Shown one piece after another: positions 38,222-50,903 of a stretch of 64,000 nucleotides of DNA (its first letter is position 1; each line of letters opens with the position of its first letter). The notes beneath the pieces were generated by a model. That model saw only the letters and a list, made by a program, of their open reading frames with translations. It ran no database searches and had not been told where the DNA came from. Source of the DNA: an uncultured Verrucomicrobiae bacterium (GTDB lineage Bacteria; Verrucomicrobiota; Verrucomicrobiia; Chthoniobacterales; UBA10450); contig CAWDGJ010000009.1 of assembly GCA_963801815.1 (NCBI GenBank), positions 35,898-99,897 on the forward strand. Direction: 5' to 3'. Position numbers and translations under genes: made by a program.

Positions 38222-40317
38222 TTACCAGATGTGCACGCGCTGCTCCGGCGGAACGAACATTTTATCGGTCGACTCAACCTTGAACGCGTCGTACCACGCG
38301 TCGGTGTTTCTGCTTGGGCCAATCACGCGAAATTGGCGAGGCGAATGCGGATCGCTCACGACCTGTTTCTTCACGTAATCGTCGGTGACTTTGCCGCGCC
38401 AGGCCTGCGCCCAGCCGAGGAAGACACGCTGATCGCCGGTGAATCCGTCGAGCACCGGCGCCGGTTGGCCCTTCAGCGACGCGCGATAGGCATCGAGCGC
38501 GAGCGTAAGGCCGCCGAGGTCGGCGATGTTCTCGCCCATGGTCAGCTCGCCGTTCACGTGCACGCCGGGAATCGGTTCATATTTGGAATACTGCGCGCCG
38601 AGCACATCGCGCGCGTTTCTTGAACGTCTCGGCGTCTTCTTTGGTCCACCAATCGCGCAACGCCCCCGAGGCATCGATCTTGCGGCCCTGATCGTCGAAG
38701 CCATGGGTCAGCTCGTGACCGATTACGCCGCCGGCCGCGCCGTAGTTGATCGCCGGATCGGCATCGGGATCGAAGATCGGCGGCTGAAGAATGCCGGCGG
38801 GAAAGACGATGTCGCGCAAGCTGCCGTTGTAGGCGTCGTTGGTTTGCGGCGTCATGCTCCAATCCGTGCGATCGACCGGGCCGTAGAATCGTCCGGTGTA
38901 AAAATCCCAATCAAGCTGCGCGCAGCGTTTCACGTTGCCGACGAGATCATCGCCACGAATAACGAGTTTCGAATAATCGCGCGCATGATCCGGATATCCG
39001 ACCTTGATCGTGTAGGTGTCGAGCTTCTTGAGCGCTTCCTTCTTGGTGTCCGGGCCCATCCAGTCGAGCTTCTCGATCCGCGCCCGATAGGCCGCTTTCA
39101 GATTCGTGACCAAATCCTGGATTTTCGCTTTCGCTTCGGGCGGAAAATATTTCGCGGTGTAAAGCTGGCCGACCCCGAATCCCATCGTGCCGAACGTGCC
39201 GAAACGGTCGCCGACGCCGAAATCGCCGCCGCTGACGGCTGTGATCGCGCGTTTCCAGCGGGCCTGCTGTTCCTTCTGACCGGAAAGCGTCTTGTTGTGC
39301 AGTTCGAAATAGGCGTCGGTGAATGTCTTCGAAAGATACGGCGCGGCGTTGTCCGCGATGTGAAATGCCTGCCACGCACGGATCGTGTCGATCGGCGCTT
39401 TCGCATAGACTTGAACGATTTTCGGAAACGCGCTTTTCTCCGCGATGATGACGCGAGTCAGTTTGGCCATCTTCGCTTCGGCAAGAAATTTTTCCCACGC
39501 GAAACCGGGCGCGAACTTTTTCAGCTCCTGGATCGACATCGGATTGTAGATCGCGTTCAGGTCGCGCTGCTGCGCTTTGGTCCAGCTCGCGTCGGCGATC
39601 TTGGTTTCGAAATCGACGATGTCCTTTGGCGGTCTTGTCCGAGTCGGGCCAATTCAGCAGATTGCAGAATGGTTGCGACGTAGTTTTGGTAAGCGGTCTT
39701 TTGTGCGCGCGAAATCCGGCTTCAGATAGTAATCGCGATCCGGCAAGACCGATTCCCGCCTGGCTGAGATAGAATGCGTATTTTTTCGGATCTTTGAGAT
39801 CGACGTCGATGAACGGATTGAAGAGCGAGAATTCGAAATCGGTCGCGCTTCGGCCCATCAATGCGGCGAAGTCGTCGCGCGTCTTTGCATTTTTGAGATC
39901 GTTTAGCTCCGGATCGATCGCTTTCACGCCGAGTTGTTCGACGCGCGCCTCGTCCATGAACGAGTGATAAAAAGCGCCGGCTTTCTCTTCGAGCGTTGAC
40001 GGATTGTCGCCTGCCGTTGCCGCCGCCAGCTTCGAGCAATTCTCGCAGTCGCTGCTCGGTCACATCGGTCATGAGACGCGGAGCGAATAGGCCGGCTTGT
40101 CGGAAGGAATTTGCGTCTTGTCGAGCCAGGTTCCGTTGGCGTAGCGGAAGAAATCGTCGCCGGGCTTGGTCGCTGTATCCATGCCGGACAAATCGAATCC
40201 CCAAGTGCCGTATTTCAGTGTTGCCGGCGGCGCGTCAGCAGCGCGGGCGAGGGGAATGCAGGATGGAGCAAGGAGCAAAAGAGCCAGAAGCAAACGAGCG
40301 CGAAGAAATGAATGCAT
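38222..40317 (-). CDS. M13 family zinc metallopeptidase (PepO/neprilysin-like), multiply frameshifted
   Basis: PGDDFFRYANGTW, IVFPAGILQPP, INYG..G.VIGHELTHGFDDQG, GENIADLGG, DPHSP; pieces spread over at least five ORFs. Confidence 0.9.
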
Positions 40318-40453
40318 AATAATTTGGGTTGAGTAGGGAAGGTAAACGAACTCGAACCAGTTGAGAAGGTCCGAGCCGGACTGGCAGTAAATAGAATTTC
40401 AAACAAGGCATCTACCGCACTTGAGAAAAGGCCGCAAGCACAGTGCGTGCAGC

Positions 40454-40657
40454 CTATTCACGGTGATTCAAGCCGGCAAGAACGCGCAATTGAAGCGACA
40501 CGGTTTGGTCTAGAGCGAACCAGGCTGGATCCAGGTCGCGAAGTTCTTCTGCTGCTTCTTCGAACATCGCGAGATCCAGATAACCCTCGACCGCGAGCAG
40601 GTGCCTTGCGGCCTGCACGTCCTCCGGATCGATGGATTTGATAATTATTCCGCGCAT
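40454..40657 (-). CDS. small TPR-like hypothetical protein
   Basis: HLLAVEGYLDLAMFEEAAEEL helix pair; 67 aa. Confidence 0.5.
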   Translation of the reverse strand: MRGIIIKSIDPEDVQAARHLLAVEGYLDLAMFEEAAEELRDLDPAWFALDQTVSLQLRVLAGLNHRE

Positions 40658-40862
40658 AAATCCTCTGTAGCTTTGACGTGATTGCTGACGCGGTTGTTCA
40701 GGGGCGTAGCGAGGCAAAAAACTGAGGGGCGGATAGGAAAATGCCGGATGTAAGTAAAGTGACGAGTGATCTGTGACAAGTGACGAGATCCGTTTGATCC
40801 GTGGTTTCTGGAAAAAATCTGTCCGCCTTCGCGGAGGCTACGGCATGACATTTCGCTGCGGG

Positions 40863-40904
40863 AAAAAGGAAAATGCCGATCCCGAAGAATCGGAATCGGC
40901 ATTT
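40863..40904 (-). terminator. intrinsic terminator downstream of the 16S rRNA
   Basis: minus strand aaatgccgattccga-ttct-tcgggatcggcattt followed by tccttttt. Confidence 0.7.
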
Positions 40905-41132
40905 AGTCGATGTGCAGCAAAGACTGAATTGTGCGTTACCGTTTCTTTTCCTTGGGCTCTGGTTTCTTTCGATTCCAAAGTCTTCACGGCATGTCCGTTT
41001 GGATGATCAATTGATTCACCCAAAGGATTTAGCCGTCGACCTATGCCTACCGGCAAAGTCAGAAGTAAAAATTAAGAATTAAGAAGTTACCTTCAAATTC
41101 ATCCTTCTTCCTTCATCCTTTGCGAAGGCATC

Positions 41133-42693
<1,561 letters not shown>

Positions 42694-42942
42694 AAACGGT
42701 GAGACTTTTTCAAGCCTCAAAGTTTGCGTCGAATCCGGCGGCTACGGGACCGACAAAATCTGACCATTCGATAATCTGTTTCCCGCCGTAGCGGGCCACA
42801 GGTTCGTCCGATCTGTAATCTTTTTTTCCAAAGAAAATCAACAGATAACGCACAATTCAATTTTCGCTGACTTCATATCATTTCAGATCCGCTTCTGTTC
42901 CGGCATGCGCCAAAACAACTGTGACCACGAATCCAAAACCAA

Positions 42943-42954
42943 ACTGTCAAAGAT
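42943..42954 (-). promoter_or_regulatory. boxA-like antitermination element in the rRNA leader
   Basis: minus strand (g)atctttgacagt about 250 nt upstream of the 16S. Confidence 0.55.
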
Positions 42955-43077
42955 CGACATTCTTCTTCCGGTACAAAGCAAAATACGACCCTCGTCATTT
43001 ACTTGACCAGCGTCGGCTCGCTTCGAGCCAGAGGAGAACAACCCCGCCTCTGCGGGACCGCTTATTTGCGGGCCACT

Positions 43078-43105
43078 AAACTAGTCGGGTTCGTCCAACC
43101 CGCAA
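43078..43105 (-). promoter_or_regulatory. candidate sigma70 rRNA promoter
   Basis: TTGCGG-16 nt-TAGTTT followed by a GC-rich discriminator. Confidence 0.4.
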
Positions 43106-43189
43106 GCGGCAAATCGCAGATTTTCCCCAAAATGTAGAGGGCGGCCACCAGGGCCGCCCCCAAATCTGCCTTTTGATTAGTCGCTCCGA

Positions 43190-43654
43190 CTACGCTTTGT
43201 CGTAAACCGCTGTGATCCGGACCATCTTACCCTTGGGGCTCCGAGCCATCGCTGTCACCGTGCGAGTCTTGCCGTCTGGGGCCACCACAATTTTGCCCGA
43301 TTCCATCACTTTGCCGCCTTTCTTCGCCCAGAAATTTAGCGTGTGGTCGTCCACTTTACTGTATGAGCGCATGTCCGACTCAGAATCGCCGGTGACGGCG
43401 TAATCTTTGCCGTCGAACGTTCCGACCCATTCGCTATGCGTCGCTTTACCTTTGGCATCGGTCCCATCGATCGTGACCTTTTCTCTAAATAAGAAGGCCG
43501 ATTCATATTTGACGGTGCTGTTTCGGCCCATCCCTCGGCCGGCATGCGATTTCTTCGCGTTCAACTTCCAAGTCCCATCGAACGCACTGGCAAAGCAGAG
43601 CGAACCGCCAGCAACCCAAACTGCGAGAGCTATTAAAGTAGTTTTAGATTTCAT
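43190..43654 (-). CDS. hypothetical secreted beta-barrel (lipocalin-like) protein
   Basis: signal peptide; F.GTWKLN..KS, DGKDY.VTG, DGKT.TVT. Confidence 0.7.
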   Translation of the reverse strand: MKSKTTLIALAVWVAGGSLCFASAFDGTWKLNAKKSHAGRGMGRNSTVKYESAFLFREKVTIDGTDAKGKATHSEWVGTFDGKDYAVTGDSESDMRSYSKVDDHTLNFWAKKGGKVMESGKIVVAPDGKTRTVTAMARSPKGKMVRITAVYDKA

Positions 43655-43763
43655 GGCCGCAGATGAAGCCGGGAATTCGATTTCCAGTCAATGCTTTTCT
43701 TGATCCGAATCTCGCCGCGAGACCGGTCATTGAACTCAAAACAGGGCCGCCCACCGGAGCAAA

Positions 43764-44336
43764 TCAGCCAAGGTGGCTGCTGAACATAATTCCGAATCCA
43801 ATTGTCAGCGTCAGCAAGCAAACGCCGGCCACCCACTGGACTACGTAATTGCGTGATATCAGTCCAACCAGGCTCGGGACCAATATTGCGATAGTTCCCA
43901 GATTTTCTTTCACCAACAGTGCCGTGTTCGGGGTCTTTAAAAAATCGAGATTGGCGAGCAGCGCCAGAGCCAGACAGACGATGATGGCGCCGTAGAAATA
44001 AGTGCGCTGGCGCCAGAAAAAATCTTCCAGATCAATGGTGCCGTCATCGGGCATCTTGGGTCCGATCAATGCGCAGATGACATAAACGGAAACGGCGAAC
44101 AAAAATTGGATGGCGATCGATGCGAAATCCCAGCTCGTGACTAACCGGAGATCCCAAAGCGCCAACCAGTTTACAAACACCAGCGCAACGGCGTTCACCA
44201 TCCCGAGTGCGAGCAAGCCGGAAAATTTTATTCGCTCTCGCGCCACGATCAGCTCCGCGATCCGCGCGAGCAGATGCGTCAACGCCAACGCGTAAACGAA
44301 CGACAACAGCGCAGTGACATGTTCGAAAGCGGACAC
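43764..44336 (-). CDS. hypothetical multi-pass membrane protein
   Basis: FEHV..LLSFVYALALTHLL; about six TM helices. Confidence 0.7.
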   Translation of the reverse strand: MSAFEHVTALLSFVYALALTHLLARIAELIVARERIKFSGLLALGMVNAVALVFVNWLALWDLRLVTSWDFASIAIQFLFAVSVYVICALIGPKMPDDGTIDLEDFFWRQRTYFYGAIIVCLALALLANLDFLKTPNTALLVKENLGTIAILVPSLVGLISRNYVVQWVAGVCLLTLTIGFGIMFSSHLG

Positions 44337-44415
44337 TAGAGCAGTTTATGGTTGAGGGTTGATAGTTGAGAGACTGAAACGAAGTCGCTTTCGCCCATTC
44401 TGTTCTTGTCACTGG

Positions 44416-44937
44416 TCACAGGTCACTTTTTGCCCCAATGCCAAAGGCGCCCAGTGGTTTCGCGTCGGGATGCGGCGTTCGCTTCATCAGATCATCTTCC
44501 ACATGGCGCCGGAATTCATCGTCGAATAGATAAGCACGCTCTTTCCAAAGCTCTTTGCCGCCCGGCGCGCCAATCAGATTCATCATCACTTGCTCCCAAC
44601 TCTTCCAAAGTGATGGTGCCAACAATCCCTGTTTCCATTTCAAGAACGCGTTTTGAAAATAGGCAAGGAACGCCATGAACAGCGACACGAACCGAGCTTT
44701 CTCTGTGTCAGACAACGAGGCGTAATCTTTTAACCCTCTGGTAGCTAATTCCGCGAGCGACGCGTCAGAGGCAATCAAGTGATACCAGCTGGCAAAATGC
44801 TCATGCAGTGATTGAGCAGTCGCGGCACGGACCGCATTCGTGTTCTGGCGGATCTGCGCCGCGACGTAGATCAACGAGACCACGACCGCGAGTGCTCCGA
44901 TGACCTGTCCAATATTTGCGAGATCGTTCAGGTTCAT
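44416..44937 (-). CDS. hypothetical N-anchored helical protein, paralogue 1
   Basis: MNLNDLANIGQVIGALAVVVSLIYVAAQIR... Confidence 0.75.
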   Translation of the reverse strand: MNLNDLANIGQVIGALAVVVSLIYVAAQIRQNTNAVRAATAQSLHEHFASWYHLIASDASLAELATRGLKDYASLSDTEKARFVSLFMAFLAYFQNAFLKWKQGLLAPSLWKSWEQVMMNLIGAPGGKELWKERAYLFDDEFRRHVEDDLMKRTPHPDAKPLGAFGIGAKSDL

Positions 44938-45386
44938 TTCTCGGTACCGCACAGGCCGTCCACCCATCGCACAAAGTCTTCCGAGAAAGCCGGTCCGATG
45001 TCGCTCCAAACTTCTTTGAATCCGAGCGATCGAATGTAACGCGTCATGTATCGAGCATATCCACGCCAATGCTCCTCGGGCATTAACCCCAGTTCGTGAT
45101 GATGAAAGTAGGTCTCGGCGTGGAGAAGCATCTGCACGTGACTCCAATATTGGAACTGGCGATCGCCCTCGGTCAATTCCAGACCGCTCTCGAGCTTGGC
45201 GAATCGATCGGCATGCTCTGCTCGAAAGATGGAGATTCGAAGAACAAACTCAGAGATGGAATGTCGAGCTTGGGCGCTCGCCACTTTCGTGTTGCCGCGA
45301 ATCTGCGCCGCGAGATAGATCAGCGAAACAACCACGCCGGCAGCAGCGATGATCTGGGCGAGATTGGCGAGGTCGTTGAGGTTCAT
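44934..45386 (-). CDS. hypothetical N-anchored helical protein, paralogue 2
   Basis: MNLNDLANLAQIIAAAGVVVSLIYLAAQIR...; ATGA overlap with paralogue 1. Confidence 0.75.
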   Translation of the reverse strand: MNLNDLANLAQIIAAAGVVVSLIYLAAQIRGNTKVASAQARHSISEFVLRISIFRAEHADRFAKLESGLELTEGDRQFQYWSHVQMLLHAETYFHHHELGLMPEEHWRGYARYMTRYIRSLGFKEVWSDIGPAFSEDFVRWVDGLCGTEK

Positions 45387-45510
45387 AATCAGAAGTCGGA
45401 GGTCACAGATCAGACATCAGAGCAGTTTATGGTTGAGAGGATGAACAGTGGGCATCGGCCCATTCTGTTCTTGTCACTGGTCACATGTCACGTGTCGTGC
45501 AACGATCAAC

Positions 45511-46410
45511 CTAGTCGAGCTGAAGAACGCCTTCGCTGACCATAACAGAAGGGCCTCCGATCCGGGTCGTTCGAACAACGCCATCCCGCTTTTCGGCGCG
45601 GGCAATGAGTCTACTTGGTCGCCCCATTTCCACTCCCTGAGCGATGCGCCATGTAAAATCGCCATCAGCCTTTTCATCGTAATGAGCCAGCAGTCCAGCA
45701 AGCGCGCAGTTCGCACTGCCAGTGGCTGGATCTTCAGCAACCCCGCTGAGTGGGGCGAACATGCGTGCACGAATATCAAAATCGGCATTCGCCCGAATGT
45801 AAAAATAGATATCTGGCATGATGCCCTCCGCTTTGATCGCTTCGAACCCGCTCATATTAATTCGAGTACGCTCGAGAACCGAACGGTCTTTGAGTTCTAC
45901 CATGATGAAGGGAAGACCGACCGACGCGATCTGCGGACCGTGCGTTTTGGTAATGATTTCTTTTGCATCGACAGAGATGGCGGTTGCCACCAGCTCGACT
46001 GGAAGAGTTTTCCCGAGAGAAAGAGTTTGAGGAGCCGTCAGTTCACATGACGAAATCTTGCCGCCAGTCTCATCGATGGTGATCGAAACCAAGCCGGCTT
46101 CCTCTTCAAAGATCACAGTGGCTGATGATTTGATCTCTCCTAACTCCCCGATGGCCGCGAGCACAAACGCAGTGCCAATGTTCGGATGACCGGCGAACGG
46201 AATTTCTCTGGCTGGAGTGAAGATTTGGACGTGTCGCGTGTGGCCTGCCTTGGCCGGAAAAACGAACGACGTTTCAGAGAAATTGAATTCGCGCGCGATC
46301 TGCTGCATCAGCTCCGCTGACAGTCCATCCGCCTGCGGCAGCACGGCTAATTGATTCCCACCGAACCGCGTCTCGGTGAAGACATCACATATATAATAAT
46401 GGTACTTCAC
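45511..46410 (-). CDS. PhzF family isomerase
   Basis: DVFT...GGNQLAV, EFNFSET.F, IFTP..EIPFAGHP, EDPATGSA, QG.EMGRPS. Confidence 0.92.
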   Translation of the reverse strand: MKYHYYICDVFTETRFGGNQLAVLPQADGLSAELMQQIAREFNFSETSFVFPAKAGHTRHVQIFTPAREIPFAGHPNIGTAFVLAAIGELGEIKSSATVIFEEEAGLVSITIDETGGKISSCELTAPQTLSLGKTLPVELVATAISVDAKEIITKTHGPQIASVGLPFIMVELKDRSVLERTRINMSGFEAIKAEGIMPDIYFYIRANADFDIRARMFAPLSGVAEDPATGSANCALAGLLAHYDEKADGDFTWRIAQGVEMGRPSRLIARAEKRDGVVRTTRIGGPSVMVSEGVLQLD

Positions 46411-46476
46411 GGCTTTTTAGGAATAGTTTTCTCTTGCTGCTCACTTGTCACTCGTCACTTATCACTTTTTTTGGTC

Positions 46477-46576
46477 GCCGCTCGTACTCGGCGGGCTCGA
46501 ACTACCATATGGATTCTGCGATCAACCCGTCTGTCGATCTTCCAGAGCTCGCACCTCCTGACTCGAACGCGTTTTC
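46477..46576 (-). pseudogene. decayed duplicate of the 3' end of the SnoaL-like gene at 51531-51926
   Basis: RVRVRRCELWKID/GLIAES..*FEPAEYER versus KVRINGYELWTIDNAGLIAESQGHFDAADYER; carries a 2 bp deletion and a stop. Confidence 0.8.
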
Positions 46577-46715
46577 TCTTGCTGCCTTCATGATCTTCCA
46601 TTCTCGCGCAGGGTAGAGGATTCAGGCTTTGAATGGGCAGCATTTCAATGTTTCCTGTCCGAGTGGATCCGAATCTCACACTAAAGCTTTCGGTTACATT
46701 CTGAATCCAACAAAC

Positions 46716-47066
46716 ATGAAAACAGTATTTGTCCTCGAATTTTTTTGCTGGTCGCTCGCTCTGACTGCGATTCTGGGTCTGGGTGCGCAGTCCGCAATCG
46801 CCGCGCAGCCGGTCTACGCGGTCCGCGAATATGCAGATGTCGTCATCGACTCCATTTACGCGAAGCAAATGAGAATCACGATAAGAATTGCCCGGAGCGG
46901 AACGCAGACGTTGTCGCTTGGTCCTAAGACCTGGATCATTAAGGATAACAACGAAGGCAAGTTTGAAAATCTGGAGGTGGGCCAGCATCTCCATGTCTGG
47001 CAGATCCCGCGTGGCGGCCAGGCCATCGCCGTTGAAATATTGCCGGCCAGGAATCGGGCGAACTAA
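46716..47066 (+). CDS. hypothetical secreted protein
   Basis: signal peptide ending A-I-A-A; small beta-rich domain. Confidence 0.55.
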   Translation: MKTVFVLEFFCWSLALTAILGLGAQSAIAAQPVYAVREYADVVIDSIYAKQMRITIRIARSGTQTLSLGPKTWIIKDNNEGKFENLEVGQHLHVWQIPRGGQAIAVEILPARNRAN

Positions 47067-47196
47067 TGCCTGATGGGAAAGCCCAAGTTGCGAAAAACTG
47101 GCGTTGCCAACGCTGGTTTGTTTTGGGTAGAACTCGAACACGACAACGATAATAATCCACGCTCGGAGAGCCGTTTGGCAAGGTGTAGCGATTGTC

Positions 47197-49279
47197 TTGC
47201 TAGTTACCGCTTTGGTCGTGTCTCAGTTGGTTGCGCAATCCGAAAGCTCGAAGCTAACGTTCGACGAGCTCAAGACCAGGGCGGAAGCAGGGGATTCCGC
47301 GGCCGAATGCCAACTCGGCATGCGTTATGTGCGCGGCGATGGTGTTCCAAAAGATTATGCGGAGGCTGTGAAATGGATCCGCAAGTCGGCGGAGCATGGC
47401 TATGCCGAAGGCCAGCACGAGTTAGGGAATGCCTATTTCAGCGGCAAGGGAGTGGAAAAAGATAATACCCAGGCCTTTCAGTGGAACGAGAAATCCGCCA
47501 GCCAGGGTAACGTTGCAGCAGAAACGGCTTTGGGCGTCTGCTATGAGTTTGGCCGTGGCGTTGAGCAAAATCTGCAGGAAGCGAATGATTGGTACCAAAA
47601 GGCGGCAGAGCTGAACAATGCTCAAGCCCAAAATAATCTGGGAAACAACATGATGCAGGGCCGCGGAATCGGCCGGGACATCGTTCAGGGCTACAAATGG
47701 ATTCTTCTGTCCGCGGCCCAACGCAATTCTTATGCGGTAAAAAATGTGACCACATTCGCGACCAAGATGAGCCCGTCACAGCTTGCGCAAGCGAGAGCGT
47801 TGGCAGAGGCGTTCCGGGCAGCTGATTTGTCTGGTTCGACAGCACCTCTCCCTCCGCTTCCGACTCCGTCGCAGGAACGTTCTGTCGCAGCGAATGCAAC
47901 ACCCACGCCGTCGCGTTACTCTGGTCCGGGGAATTTTCTCGGTCTCGAGCCGCTGCCGACGGTGCCGCCGCCGGTCAATCCCTGGGGACAGGGGCAAGCT
48001 CGCCCCGCTACGGTACAAGAGCGAGCCGAGGCCGGCGACGCCGAGGCCCAATGCGAGCTTGGACTTGCTTATGCAAATGGCGACGGCGTGCCGAAAAACG
48101 ACGCTGAAGCGGTCAAGTGGTTCCGTAGATCGGCCGAACAAAACAACGCGGTGGCGCAGTTCAATCTTGGAGTCGCCTATTCCAAGGGCCTTGGCACTTC
48201 CAAAAGTATGGCCCAGGCCTGCAAGTGGTATCTCAAATCCGCCGAACAAAATAATTCCGAGGCAGAGTATCAATCTCGGGGTGGTCTATCTGTTCGGCCA
48301 AGGCGTTCGCAAAAATGGGGCGGAAGCGTTCAAATGGTTTCTCAAATCGGCTGAGCAAAACGTTACCGACGCGCAAGGAAACCTTGGTTACTGCTATATG
48401 AATGGTATCGGCGTTCAGCGCGATGATATTCAGGCCTACAAATGGGGGACCCTGGCCGCGGCTGGAGGTAATGAAAATGCCAGGAATAATCTGGCAGTTC
48501 TCAATGGCCGGATGTCGCGCGCTGCCATCGCGCAAGGTCAAAAGTTGGCTCAGGAATTTCAATCGAGTGGAGGAGGGAGCCAACAGGAGGTTCCTGCCCC
48601 AGGCGGGGGGTCACAATCAGCCGACGGTCCGCTTCAGCCGCACGAGACCGGCACGGGTTTTTTTGTAACGGATGACGGATACTTGATTACCAATTTTCAT
48701 GTCGTGAGAGACGGGGCGGCGGTGAGATTGATGACCAGGCACGCGAAAGTCCCGGCTACGGTTGTGCAAGTCGACGCCGCGAACGATCTGGCCTTGCTGA
48801 AAGCGGAAGGCACCTACAAGGCATTGCCAGTGGGATCGAGTTTCGACGTTAAGTTGGGAGATACCGTCTCCACCATCGGATTTCCATTGATCGAGTTACA
48901 GGGCATCTCTCCGAAGTTTACCCGCGGAGAAGTTAGCTCACTTGCCGGGTTCAAAGATGACGTCAGATTTTTTCAAATCAGTACACAAATTCAACCCGGC
49001 AACTCCGGCGGCGCGCTGGTTGATGAACATGGCAACGTGGTTGGCGTGACTTCAAGCACTTTCAACGCCGCCTATCTGTTCAAAAAGAATGGCGCCATTC
49101 CCGAGAACATAAATTATGCGATCAAAAGCTACCTGGTCCGTGATTTTTTGAAATCGACGCTTGGGATTTCGGACAAACTGAAACCGCCAAACACGGATCA
49201 GGACAAGCCGGCCGATCTGATCGATCAGATGCAGGAGGCGGCCGCGCTGGTCGTCGTTTACTGGCACGCGTCCAAGTAA
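47197..49279 (+). CDS. secreted Sel1-like repeat protein with C-terminal trypsin-like serine protease (one frameshift near 48270)
   Basis: repeated A...LG..Y..G.GV..D...A..W..KSA; GTGFFV, TNFHVV, NDLALL, QPGNSGG. Confidence 0.85.
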
Positions 49280-49588
49280 GCCCGATGTGACTCACTAATA
49301 GCATAGATAGATGCTCACCCGTTCGCCTTCGGGTCTTTTTCCAAAGTTTTTGAACGCGTTGACTAGCGAGACCGGCGGTTCGCGCGCGGTTTATTAGATA
49401 TAGGGATTTTGCCTGACAGGCGCAGCCTGTAATATCCTTGACCCCCTTCGTTCAATTCCTCATCATCGCCGGATTACTATTTCGCTCGAACGGTGGAGTT
49501 TACGCTCCCGTCTGGAACGATTCTGGCGGCATCTCTTTGGTGGGCGGATAATTGTCTGTAGTTCGTTAGGCAAAGAAAAGGACCCTTC

Positions 49589-49996
49589 ATGAACAAACTC
49601 AAGTTAACAATCGTTGTTTGTTGGGCTGTTGTCGTTTCACATGGCCTCGCGCAGCAATATGTGCCGCCACCACCGAGCCAGCCGTCCTCCGGTAACGGGA
49701 CGACCATCAGCCCGCCGCGGCCAAGTCAGCCAAGGCCGGGAACAGGAGTGTCTGCGCCGCAGGCGATGGAAATTAAATTCAACAACGGAGCGCGGGTGGC
49801 GTTGTATCGGGACAAGATTGTCCTGATCGAACCCAACGGGCACCAATACATCCAAAAACGTCCACTCCCGGATGTGGCCCGAAACCCCAACGGATGTGCG
49901 TGGCTGCGTCACTATCTCGACGGGAACAATCCCTACGAGCTGGATTGGAGAGAAAAATGCCTCGTCTATCTCTATCGCTGCATGGATTTGCGCTAA
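49589..49996 (+). CDS. secreted Pro-rich protein, FxNGA/WRE-Cys family member 1
   Basis: signal peptide, Pro-rich linker, FNNGA...CAWLRHYLD...WREKC...C. Confidence 0.7.
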   Translation: MNKLKLTIVVCWAVVVSHGLAQQYVPPPPSQPSSGNGTTISPPRPSQPRPGTGVSAPQAMEIKFNNGARVALYRDKIVLIEPNGHQYIQKRPLPDVARNPNGCAWLRHYLDGNNPYELDWREKCLVYLYRCMDLR

Positions 49997-50017
49997 CGCA
50001 ATCAACCTAACAACCAG

Positions 50018-50371
50018 GTGAAATATCACGCTTCATATTTCGTGGTAGTAACTTTGGTACTTTGCCCACTGATCAGTTCAGCCGCGCCCAACACTCTGAC
50101 GGTCTCGCCGCAGATTCCTCATAAGCCATATGTCCGACGGATGGATTTCGGTAATGGCGCTCACGCCGAACAAATCGGTAACACGTTTACGATCACTCTA
50201 AAAAATGGAAATCGGATGAGCTTTAGTCACCCCGTGCCGGATCCCGCCGCGCCGAGATCGCCAATCTCGTGCGAGCAATTGAAATCCTGGCTGGATCATC
50301 ACCCGGCGCATACCGAGAAATGGCGTGAGCGCTGCCTGAAGTACTTCGACTATTGCCTGGCCAGTATCTAA
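50018..50371 (+). CDS. secreted protein, FxNGA/WRE-Cys family member 2
   Basis: signal peptide, FGNGA...CEQLKSWLD...WRERC...C. Confidence 0.7.
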   Translation: MKYHASYFVVVTLVLCPLISSAAPNTLTVSPQIPHKPYVRRMDFGNGAHAEQIGNTFTITLKNGNRMSFSHPVPDPAAPRSPISCEQLKSWLDHHPAHTEKWRERCLKYFDYCLASI

Positions 50372-50393
50372 ACCTAACCAACGCCCTCGATCC

Positions 50394-50903
50394 ATGAAAC
50401 AAAACATCAACATTTTGATAGTCGCTGTGCTTTTGCTAGCAGGGACGCTGCTTGCCCAGGACTCGAAACTGGAGAACCCGCTGCCGGGTAAAAAAGCGAA
50501 CGCCGCGTTCGAGAATTCAGAAGAGGGGCCGGCGAAAGTGAAAGTCTCCACGAACGACGGTCAGTTAGTTTTGGATCAACAATTGCGAAAACAAACCATC
50601 GAGAACGCCAAGTGGACTAACGATGGAAACTATCTAGTCATGATCGGCCGCAACAGTGATGGCCATTCTCCGTGGCGTTGCATAGCTGCGGTCTTTTCGG
50701 TTGCCGATCGGGAGGTTCGTCTCGTCGACGATACTAAGACCAACCTGCCGATTATTAGCCCTGAGATTCGGTGCGAGGGCCCGGATGGTGTTGAACTGAC
50801 GGCCCACACCTTCCAGAACAATAAGCCCGCGCCGGATGACCCGATCAAAGTGAAGTACTCCATGAGCAAGGAATGGCCGTCGTTGAAAAAAGGACAAAAA
50901 TGA
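50394..50903 (+). CDS. hypothetical secreted protein
   Basis: signal peptide; W..DG..L strand motif. Confidence 0.65.
   Translation: MKQNINILIVAVLLLAGTLLAQDSKLENPLPGKKANAAFENSEEGPAKVKVSTNDGQLVLDQQLRKQTIENAKWTNDGNYLVMIGRNSDGHSPWRCIAAVFSVADREVRLVDDTKTNLPIISPEIRCEGPDGVELTAHTFQNNKPAPDDPIKVKYSMSKEWPSLKKGQK

Larger units (their letters stand above)
44338..45491. repeat. direct repeat pair (44338-44426, 45419-45491) flanking two paralogous genes
   Basis: exact blocks agagcagtttatggttgag and gcccattctgttcttgtcactggtcaca in both copies. Confidence 0.85.

Noticed and set aside
38526..39683. Long antisense ORFs (e.g. 38526..39683, 8573..9580, 28866..29699)
   Set aside because: Shadows of well-supported genes on the opposite strand in GC-rich DNA, with no recognisable motifs.
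45511..46410. Phenazine biosynthesis cluster
   Set aside because: Only a stand-alone PhzF-family gene and a generic SnoaL protein; no phzE, phzD or phzG.
46472..46503. tRNA-like fragment (gttcgagccc...cca on the minus strand) as an att site
   Set aside because: No T-stem or acceptor pairing; the sequence is explained by the SnoaL remnant codons FEPAEYERRP.
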